From: a virus
Length of the DNA stretch: 64,000 bases
IMG/VR virus record: IMGVR_UViG_3300046093_000295
Reading direction: 5' to 3' (one strand)
Shown here: one piece after another, positions 18,348-25,247 of the stretch
How positions within the stretch are numbered: the stretch's first letter is position 1
Layout of the letters: every line of letters begins with the position of its first letter
Notes under the pieces: model-generated
Seen by the model: the letters and a program-made list of their open reading frames with translations, nothing else
What the model was told of the DNA's origin: nothing
Database searches by the model: none
Program-made: the position numbers and the translations under genes

Positions 18348-18944
18348 ATGATTAAACTTAAAAAATTTGCTGCAGATCTTGGTGTAACCAGGATGACGCT
18401 GTGGAATTGGAAGAAGGCTGGAAAAATACAATTTCATAAAATTGGTTCAATGAATTATGTTGATATTGAAACTTACAACAAATTCCTTGGTATAAAGGCC
18501 AAGGAAGAAGAACGCGTAGTGATTTATTGTCGTGTTTCTTCGACTGCAAATAAATCTAATCTTGAGACTCAATCCGAAAGGTTGATTTCATATTGTAACG
18601 CTAGAGGTTACAAAGTTGCTAAAGTCGTTACAGAATTTGGATCTGGACTAAATGATAAGAGGCCAAAACTGGAAAAGCTTCTTAAGGAACAGGATTTTAC
18701 TAAATTAGTAGTTGAACATAAGGATCGGCTGACTAGATTCGGTTTCAATTATATTGAACAGCTATTAAATTCTAATGGCATTGAAATCGATGTAGTGAAT
18801 AATGTAGAGTCAGATAAAGAAGACATTGTTCAGGATTTTGTGTCCGTCATTACATCTTTTTGCGCAAGAATTTATGGACAGCGCCGCAGCAAACGGAATA
18901 CGGAAAAATTGGTTCAAGAATTAGCTAACGATTCAGAAAAATGA
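18348..18944 (+). CDS. tnpA: IS607 serine recombinase/transposase
   Basis: N-terminal HTH, IYCRVSS catalytic motif, GSGLN.KR, VEHKDRLTRFGF. Confidence 0.95.
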   Translation: MIKLKKFAADLGVTRMTLWNWKKAGKIQFHKIGSMNYVDIETYNKFLGIKAKEEERVVIYCRVSSTANKSNLETQSERLISYCNARGYKVAKVVTEFGSGLNDKRPKLEKLLKEQDFTKLVVEHKDRLTRFGFNYIEQLLNSNGIEIDVVNNVESDKEDIVQDFVSVITSFCARIYGQRRSKRNTEKLVQELANDSEK

Positions 18945-20176
18945 CAAATACAGTTCTTAAGGCTTTTAAGTACCGAATATATCCTAATAATAAGCAAGAG
19001 AAATTTCTTCTCCAAAATTTTGGATGTGTTCGCTTCATTTGGAATCAGTTAGTTGCCAATTTTAATTCTTTTTCAAAAGAAGGCCCAAACCGACCAATGA
19101 ATGAGAAGATTTTGAAAGATGATGAGAACTTTCCATGGCTTAAAGATGCTATTAGTTATGCCTTGCAGCAAAAACGAATCGATTTTGATGAAACCAAAAA
19201 GCAATTTTTCTCTAAAAACCGTAAAGCTAAACTGGGAAGACCAAAATTTAAAAAGCGGGGTGGCAATGAATCATTTAGGATTCCTGCGGCTTCAATGCAT
19301 TTAGAAAAATTTGAACAAATTAAAGCAGGTTTTATTAAATTTCCAAAAATGTCTCCAGTAAAAGTAATCATAGATAGACCTTTTACTGGTAAACCAAAAT
19401 CTGTCACAATTTCTAAAAATCCAAGTGGGCAATATTTTGTTTCAATTTTAGTTGAAGAAGAAATAGAATTGAAACAAAATACTGGTCGCTCAATCGGTAT
19501 TGATCTCGGATTGAAAAACTTGCTCATCTTAAGTGATGGTACGCAAATTTCCAATCCAAGATGGTTCAGAGAAAACCAATCTAAACTAAAACGGTCACAG
19601 CAGCATTTAAGCAGAAAAACAAAGGGTTCTAAAAGGTACAATAAACAGAAAATCAAAGTTGCGAAAATCCATAGGGATATTGTAAATCAGCGCAAGTTCA
19701 TTTACCATAACCTGTCGAGTTGGTTAATAGAAAATTACGATGTTATTTGTACTGAAACTCTAAAAGTTAAAAACATGGTTAAGAATCATAGTTTGGCAAA
19801 ATCCATACTTGATGCAAGTTGGTCCACTTTTATTTCAATGCTGGAATACAAAAGTAGGTGGTATGGCCGCACATTTCATAAGATAGATACTTGGTTCCCA
19901 TCGAGTAAGACGTGTTCTTGCTGCGGCCATAAAATGGAAACGATGGATTTATCCATAAGAGAATGGACATGCCCAATATGCGGCTCAAGCCATGATCGCG
20001 ACTTAAATGCGGCTATCAATATTTTAAATGAAGGTGTAAAGGACCTTTATGACATGACCTCGGCTGAATTAACCGAGTACAGACGTGGAGGGGCAGTAAG
20101 ACCTAAGGAAGTTCTTCCAAAGGCAGCTTCTGTGAAGCGTTTAGTGAGTTTTATAGATTTTTATAGAACCGCGTAA
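18941..20176 (+). CDS. tnpB: TnpB RNA-guided endonuclease
   Basis: KYRIYP HTH, RuvC GIDLG / E / DRD.NAA all intact, CxxC...CxxC zinc ribbon. Confidence 0.95.
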   Translation: MTNTVLKAFKYRIYPNNKQEKFLLQNFGCVRFIWNQLVANFNSFSKEGPNRPMNEKILKDDENFPWLKDAISYALQQKRIDFDETKKQFFSKNRKAKLGRPKFKKRGGNESFRIPAASMHLEKFEQIKAGFIKFPKMSPVKVIIDRPFTGKPKSVTISKNPSGQYFVSILVEEEIELKQNTGRSIGIDLGLKNLLILSDGTQISNPRWFRENQSKLKRSQQHLSRKTKGSKRYNKQKIKVAKIHRDIVNQRKFIYHNLSSWLIENYDVICTETLKVKNMVKNHSLAKSILDASWSTFISMLEYKSRWYGRTFHKIDTWFPSSKTCSCCGHKMETMDLSIREWTCPICGSSHDRDLNAAINILNEGVKDLYDMTSAELTEYRRGGAVRPKEVLPKAASVKRLVSFIDFYRTA

Positions 20177-20270
20177 TTATAATGCTGAAAATCTCGATGA
20201 TGACCAAATTTGGAAAGATATTTCCCAGCACAATGAAGCGACAACGTTATTAGTGCTTACATCAAAATAG
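20177..20270 (+). pseudogene. 3' remnant of the IS607-disrupted GNAT-like gene
   Basis: YNAENLDDDQIWKDISQHNEATTLLVLTSK* matches paralogue end YNGENIDEFFIWNNSEHKKEPTSLLVLTSQ*. Confidence 0.8.
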
Positions 20271-20480
20271 TTCAATTTTTAAAGGTTTGAAATGCAAAAA
20301 ATTCAAGTGAGTCAAAAAGCGGAAATTACGTAACGGAAAAATAACTACCATAGATTGCGCAGAGACCGTTGAATAAGCTTGGCAACTTACTGGGCTGATA
20401 CGGTTTGGCAAGCTTGTTCCGTATTTTAGTCTGGTCGGATTGAATGTCGGTGAATTTATCCCATTTTAAAATTTCTAATT

Positions 20481-21032
20481 ATGAAATTATCTGAGATTGC
20501 ACGAGTTGTAAGTCAACCTAATTTGGGATTTGACTTAAACAAAATTACTAATTTTAAAATCGTGTGCCTCGACTATCTCCAAGATTATACAATTGAACTT
20601 GGATCATCTGGGGATATTAAAGTTTTCATCGTGAAAAAGGATGATAGCATAATTGCAGCGCTACTTTTAACAACAATAGATGATTTAAACCTGCCTTCAA
20701 ACAAGTCAGTACTAATGGTCAAGCGCTCATGGTGTTCCCCAAACTATAGGAGGAGAGGAATTATAGTAAACCTATATCGGTTTATATACAACACTCTAAA
20801 CTTCGCCTTGATTTCAGACGTTGAACAGTCGAGAGAAACAATCGGGCTATGGGACAAATTGCGCGATCAGTGGCCTGTAAAAATGATTGATTTAAAAACG
20901 CATGAAATAACTGACATTGTTCCAGTTGAGCTTTACAATAATTATGAGAAAGCTTTAATTGTTGAAAGTCAGTCAATTTGTAAAAAGATTAACGGTCTTC
21001 ATGATTATGTCTTTGCGTTGCATGAAGATTAA
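20481..21032 (+). CDS. GNAT-like paralogue with MKLSE leader
   Basis: PNYRRRG motif A-like segment; SD.EQ...LW.KL family motif. Confidence 0.65.
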   Translation: MKLSEIARVVSQPNLGFDLNKITNFKIVCLDYLQDYTIELGSSGDIKVFIVKKDDSIIAALLLTTIDDLNLPSNKSVLMVKRSWCSPNYRRRGIIVNLYRFIYNTLNFALISDVEQSRETIGLWDKLRDQWPVKMIDLKTHEITDIVPVELYNNYEKALIVESQSICKKINGLHDYVFALHED

Positions 21033-21050
21033 GCAGCTTTGGGAGTAGAG

Positions 21051-21614
21051 ATGAAAATTGCTATTATAGGAACTGCTGGAAGGGATAAATTGATTCCGAT
21101 GTCTAAAGAATTATGGCGCTGGATGATTCGGGATGTTTCTTCAGATGTTCGTGAAGATGATACGGTGATTTCTGGTGGAGCTGCATGGGCAGATCATTTA
21201 GCTGTCGAATTGTTTTTGACAGGAAAATGTAAGGATATAATTTTACATTTACCTGCACCTTTCTGTCTTCAGACAAAACGTTTTAGCGATGCAGCTTACA
21301 ATAAGACCTCTAGGGCATGCAATTTTTACCATGAAAAGTTCAGCCAAATAATAGGGTATGATTCGCTCCGACAAATAGCAGAAGTCATAGATTCAAAACA
21401 GTTCGTTACATACGAGCCAAAATCTAACGGTTATTCCGGAATGTTTGGAAGAAATGATAAAGTTGCAGCAGGATGTGATTTTATGCTTGCGTATACCTTT
21501 GGCAGAGGGGACATCCCAAAAGACGGTGGAACCAAATACACGTGGGATAAATGTAAAGTTAGAAAGCAACATATCGCGCTGCCTATGATTAATTCAATTG
21601 AAAATCTACTTTGA
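21051..21614 (+). CDS. SLOG-superfamily (DprA/YspA-like) protein
   Basis: IAIIGTAGR, ISGGAAWAD, RN..VA, GGT motifs. Confidence 0.65.
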   Translation: MKIAIIGTAGRDKLIPMSKELWRWMIRDVSSDVREDDTVISGGAAWADHLAVELFLTGKCKDIILHLPAPFCLQTKRFSDAAYNKTSRACNFYHEKFSQIIGYDSLRQIAEVIDSKQFVTYEPKSNGYSGMFGRNDKVAAGCDFMLAYTFGRGDIPKDGGTKYTWDKCKVRKQHIALPMINSIENLL

Positions 21615-22077
21615 TGAATTTGCTTGAAATTCTAAACACTAAACCAATAGTCAAATGGGAAAATGTTGGGCATAGGCACATCGGGGAATTTATCATTGAT
21701 GGCAAACTTTGTCATGTACAAATTGATGAATACGATGTAGAATCAAAACATCTTATAGATTTTGGGTTTGCTGTAAATGGCACCAATAAGGCTACAGGTG
21801 GAGAAATTCCTGCTGCCAAACTAATTGGGGCAGTGTTAAATGCTGCTGTCCCAAAACTTCAGGAACTAGGGCCGGATTTCATTTTAATCGCCGTTGATAA
21901 AACTTCGGGATTAGTTGAAAGTCGAAAAAATTATACGATGCGCTTTACAAGTGGGTGAATAGAAACGTAAATTTTGCATTTGCTTCCCCGGAATGGATAG
22001 AAAATTCAAAAGCTTTTTACAAGATTCTTGGCAGAAAAACTCCTTCTGAAGAAGAAATCGAACTGTTTATTCTTTAG
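21611..22077 (+). pseudogene. frameshifted gene, paralogue of 23069-23590
   Basis: -1 shift in the A6 run at 21925-21930 restores LYDALYKW, matching the paralogue's KLYEMLAR, and extends to TAG 22075-22077. Confidence 0.6.
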
Positions 22078-22140
22078 TAAAACAAAAATAAATTTGTAAA
22101 GATAGAAAAGTATGGTATAATTGGAGAATGCAAAAAGTGT

Positions 22141-22254
22141 GGGCCGTTAGCTCAGTTGGTTAGAGCAGAGGACTCAGGCATTCTGTTGGATAATAACAAA
22201 AGAAGCCGAAGAATAATCCTTTGGTCGTTGGTTCGAGTCCAACACGGCCTACCA
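22141..22254 (+). tRNA. tRNA-Ile2/Met(CAT) with 37-nt insertion in the anticodon
   Basis: Canonical acceptor, D and T arms and CCA; loop CTCA[22177-22213]TAA. Confidence 0.8.
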
Positions 22255-22362
22255 TTTATGTTTTGGAAATTTGTATATGATTAGAAAGACCTCTTTGTCC
22301 GGCCATAACTCAGATGGATAGAGTAATTTTGAGTATTTAACCTTTTACCTGATTGTACTTTG

Positions 22363-22439
22363 CTCGCCAGTACCGGAGCGCTCTTCTAAAGCGTAGTACC
22401 GTAACGGAGTCAATGGTGGTTCGAATCCACTCTGGCGAG
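22363..22439 (+). tRNA. D-armless tRNA-Arg(TCT)-like domain nested in the intron region
   Basis: TCGCCAG/CTGGCGA acceptor within a 16-bp stem, GCGCT-CTTCTAA-AGCGT arm, GGTGG-TTCGAAT-CCACT T arm, only TACCGGA where the D arm should be. Confidence 0.6.
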
Positions 22440-22532
22440 CAAAGTACATTTTAATTTATTATTCTAGATAGAATAATTTGAGTTACAATAATTCTACGAC
22501 AATGAATAAGAAGCAAATATGTTAAACAGTTC

Positions 22533-22760
22533 TAATGGGGCACATAAATAGGGATGTTTATTGTGAATGTAGTCAAATTCGGCGAACGCTGCATAAATAC
22601 ATTTAATCCAGAGGACAGTATTTTTATGCCAACGCCGAGCGAAGCCTTGAAAAAGGAACGTGTAGAGACTTGACGGCTACCATCTAGAACAGATGAAGAC
22701 AAAGCTCAGACCACGCGCGGGAAGATAAAAATTCTCAGTAGCGAAAGCTATAGTGGTAAG
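22533..22760 (+). ncRNA. group I intron catalytic core (IC3-like)
   Basis: P2, P3 GTAGTC/GGCTAC, P4 TTCGGCG/CGCCGAG, P5, P6 CG/CG plus CCTT/AAGG, P7 GAGACTT, P8 CATCT/AGATG, P9 TAGC-GAAA-GCTA, P9.0 ACCAC/GTGGT, putative terminal G22760. Confidence 0.88.
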
Positions 22761-22817
22761 CTAAGCAATAAGTCGCTGGTTCGAATCCAGCTGGCCGGAC
22801 AAAGGGGTTTTAAAATT

Positions 22818-22901
22818 GGATGTCTATACCACTAAGGAGGTGGCCGGAATTGAACACTCCGCGTTTTTATAACATGCCAGGTTCGATACCTGGGGCATCC
22901 A
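22818..22901 (+). tRNA. atypical class II tRNA-like element (9-nt anticodon loop; identity unclear)
   Basis: GGATGTC/GGCATCC acceptor, CCAC/GTGG D stem, CGGA-ATTGAACAC-TCCG, CCAGG-TTCGATA-CCTGG. Confidence 0.5.
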
Positions 22902-22915
22902 ATCAAAGTATTTTT

Positions 22916-23005
22916 GGAGTGTAGGGTCTATGGCAGACACACGGTCTTGAAAACCGTCCCACCGTTGATGAAACGGTGATAGTTCGATTCTATTATGCTC
23001 CTCCA
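22916..23005 (+). tRNA. tRNA-Ser(TGA)
   Basis: GGAGTGT/ATGCTCC acceptor, ACGGT-CTTGAAA-ACCGT, long variable arm, CCA. Confidence 0.8.
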
Positions 23006-23068
23006 AAACCGTTTAAAAACTCCCTGGGATTTGTGCCCAGGGAGTTTTTAAATTTGGAGAAAGCAATT

Positions 23069-23590
23069 ATGGATAGTTTTCTTTACGAAATTTTTGATAC
23101 TAAACTTGACCTAGTTTGGCAAAAACATGGGGATTATGAATTAACAGCATTCATTTGGGACGAACAGCAATTTATAATACAGATTGGCCCAGCAGTTACA
23201 GTCGAAAATGCTTTTGAAGTATGTTTCTTTAGAAACGAAGATAGCAACCAAGCATTTTTAAAACCCGCTAAATCTTCTGATGTTGTACCGTCAACTGTCT
23301 ATGGGGTGGTTCTAAATGCTTTAGCTGATAAGATTAGTGACGTTCCATTTTATTTTTCGGCCGAATACTTTCATAGCCAAAATAATAAACAGTTCCAGCA
23401 AACTGTAAAACTTTACGAAATGCTTGCACGAAGAATTGCAAGACAGAAAAATGGATATTTTTACCAACGAAGAAATCGGCCAAATGAATTCTTAGTAAGC
23501 TTAAAACAAATTAATAATGCCGAATGGATTGACCCTAGAAGAGCGTCCCTAACAGAATTCTTAAAAACTGGCCCATTTGTAAAGTTATGA
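23069..23590 (+). CDS. hypothetical protein, paralogue of 21611 gene
   Basis: Start moved to ATG 23069 (GGAG RBS; the upstream part of the ORF overlaps tRNA-Ser). Confidence 0.7.
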   Translation: MDSFLYEIFDTKLDLVWQKHGDYELTAFIWDEQQFIIQIGPAVTVENAFEVCFFRNEDSNQAFLKPAKSSDVVPSTVYGVVLNALADKISDVPFYFSAEYFHSQNNKQFQQTVKLYEMLARRIARQKNGYFYQRRNRPNEFLVSLKQINNAEWIDPRRASLTEFLKTGPFVKL

Positions 23591-24192
23591 AATTATCAAC
23601 GTTGTTTGAAATGCCTTATCAACTTGGACAGTTTCAACCGCCATCTATCAGCAACATTGCTACACCTTCAGATGCGGGTTTGGAACGAGAAAATCATTTT
23701 CTTGGGGAACTTGAACAGGGTGAAGATCGATTTAGATTTTGGCTTTCTAATGACAAAGGTGGTGCTACGGTCACCATCAAGTCTAAAGGTGCAGAAAGGA
23801 ATGAAATAGTTCTATCTGTGCGCTTTGATAATAGAGCGGGGGTGCCAGTAGATAATGAATTACAAGTTCATACAGTGTACAATCAACCGAAGTTTAGAAA
23901 CAGAAACCTTGCAATGGCAATGTATGTTCTTCTTGCTAGATACGGTTTTACAATTGTCCCTGATTTTGAACAGTTTGATGGCGGCAAAGCTCTCTGGAAA
24001 AAGATGGCAACAGAAAGCCTAATTAGGAAATTTGTAATCAGAATTTGGAGCGATGCTCTTGAAGATTGGTTAAGGGATGAAACAGGCGAAATAATAATTT
24101 ACAACGGCGAAAACATTGACGAGTTTTTCATTTGGAACAACTCAGAACATAAAAAAGAACCGACATCTTTACTAGTTCTTACTTCACAATGA
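23587..24192 (+). CDS. GNAT-like paralogue with MKLSTLFE leader
   Basis: KFRNRNLAMAMY...DFEQFDGGKALWKKM. Confidence 0.7.
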   Translation: MKLSTLFEMPYQLGQFQPPSISNIATPSDAGLERENHFLGELEQGEDRFRFWLSNDKGGATVTIKSKGAERNEIVLSVRFDNRAGVPVDNELQVHTVYNQPKFRNRNLAMAMYVLLARYGFTIVPDFEQFDGGKALWKKMATESLIRKFVIRIWSDALEDWLRDETGEIIIYNGENIDEFFIWNNSEHKKEPTSLLVLTSQ

Positions 24193-24282
24193 TTGTCGCA
24201 ATGATTGAACGTTTTAAGCTACTTGGGGTTCTAAATAAGAAATTTTACAGACTGTTAGCTCAATTGGGAGAGCGGTTGCTTT
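24108..24282 (+). repeat. direct duplication copy 1 (gene 3' end plus tRNA 5' half); copy 2 at 25122-25281
   Basis: Near-identical sequence read by eye, with small indels. Confidence 0.9.
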
Positions 24283-24345
24283 AGGATCAGGTAGTTGGTA
24301 GTTGGTAGTTGGTAGTTGGTAGTTGGTAGTGGGTTCAACACCTGC
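24248..24345 (+). pseudogene. pseudo-tRNA with heptamer expansion
   Basis: 5' half of the 25248 tRNA, then (GGTAGTT)n, then a T-arm-like hairpin; no matching 3' acceptor. Confidence 0.65.
24290..24330 (+). repeat. tandem repeat (GGTAGTT) x ~6
   Basis: Five exact units plus GGTAGT. Confidence 0.95.
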
Positions 24346-24437
24346 AAAACCCGCCTCAGTAATCAAAGAACTTGCCTTAGCTCTTGAGTTGTTTTCCATG
24401 CAGAATCAAGTAAATACGGTGATCTATAGGGGAATTT

Positions 24438-25052
24438 ATGCTGCTCAAAGAAATTTTAAATGCTACGTCCGCAGAACACGTCAATATTGGCGGTGTTAGT
24501 TTCAAATTGACAAAAGAAATGCAAATTGGCAAATACTTGAACAACAAGTATGAAATGAAAGATGGAGAAATTGAAGATTTGTATGATGAATTTGAACTAA
24601 CCCATCCATTATGCTATTGGGCATCAGAATTTATGTCAAATATGGTGGGTTCAAGAAAAATCTATGACAAATATTTTAAAGATTTGTCCACAAAATTGAA
24701 ATCGGAAACGCTTTTTCGCGGAATGGTTTTTAGTAATCGATCTCCAATTATAAAGCAGCTAGAACAAACTAAGCAAATCAATATTCCGTTTAAGGGATAT
24801 GAATCTTGGTCGCTTTCAAAACAGGTTGCTGAATTATATGCAACGAAAGATGAAGATTTAAAAAATTGGACCGGAATTGTGCTTTTTATTCCAACCCAAC
24901 GTGCAGAAGTACTGTTTGACATCTCAGAAATAGGCGACGGATTGGGAGAAGTAATTGTTAAAAATAGAAGTTTAATAGATTTTGAAATTGGGCATGTTGA
25001 CATCATTGACGAGCAATATAAGCAAAAAATAATTTATCTTAACCCAAAGTGA
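24438..25052 (+). CDS. ADP-ribosyltransferase-like protein with MLLKEIL leader
   Basis: LFRG...SWS...GEVIV R-S-E-like motifs. Confidence 0.55.
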   Translation: MLLKEILNATSAEHVNIGGVSFKLTKEMQIGKYLNNKYEMKDGEIEDLYDEFELTHPLCYWASEFMSNMVGSRKIYDKYFKDLSTKLKSETLFRGMVFSNRSPIIKQLEQTKQINIPFKGYESWSLSKQVAELYATKDEDLKNWTGIVLFIPTQRAEVLFDISEIGDGLGEVIVKNRSLIDFEIGHVDIIDEQYKQKIIYLNPK

Positions 25053-25065
25053 ATTACCGCCAGTA

Positions 25066-25203
25066 GCAAAATATCAACATTTCTGAGATGTGCCTTATAA
25101 GTTGGGGGAACTTGAACACGACGAAAACATTGACGAGTTTTTCAAGAACAACTCAGAACGTAAAAAAGAACCGACATCTTTACTAGTTCTTACATCGCAA
25201 TGA
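25066..25203 (+). pseudogene. collapsed relic copy of gene 23587-24192
   Basis: Patches matching its start, the GGGAACTTGAACA segment and its 3' end. Confidence 0.6.
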
Positions 25204-25247
25204 TTGAATGTTTTAAGCTACTTGGGGTTCTAAATAAGAAATTTTAC

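Larger units (their letters stand above)
18282..20176 (+). mobile_element. IS607-family element (boundaries approximate)
   Basis: Serine-recombinase tnpA overlapping tnpB; ends inferred from where similarity to the intact paralogue stops and resumes. Confidence 0.88.
22299..22799 (+). tRNA. split tRNA (probably Arg, anticodon N|CU) interrupted by a group I intron
   Basis: 5' half CCGGCCA-TA-ACTC-AGATGGATA-GAGT; 3' half CTAA-GCAAT-AAGTC-GCTGG-TTCGAAT-CCAGC-TGGCCGG-A; acceptor strands complementary. Confidence 0.7.

Noticed and set aside
20290-20470. Possible ncRNA or small ORF after the IS remnant
   Set aside because: Only a 13-codon ORF and no convincing stems were found by eye.
22761-22763. 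Amber-suppressor (CUA) anticodon at the 3' exon start
   Set aside because: Counting back from the canonical T arm places CTAA at positions 35-38, so the anticodon is N|CU. ORFs also tile normally under code 11, giving no sign of TAG recoding.
22299-22799. tmRNA, or a GOLLD/ROOL-type giant RNA
   Set aside because: It has a true D stem, no Ala G3:U70 and no tag ORF; the insert is explained by group I P3-P9 elements.
22916-23005. tRNA-Sec
   Set aside because: The anticodon is TGA (reads UCA, Ser), not TCA, and the acceptor stem is 7 bp.
22824-23068. ORF 22824-23006 (-) and the N-terminal extension of 22976-23590
   Set aside because: They overlap tRNA genes; the true start is ATG 23069 with a GGAG RBS.
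24290-24330. CRISPR array (also considered for 47199-47270 and the promoter cassettes)
   Set aside because: The tandem units have no spacers, the cassettes are irregularly spaced promoters, and no cas genes are present.
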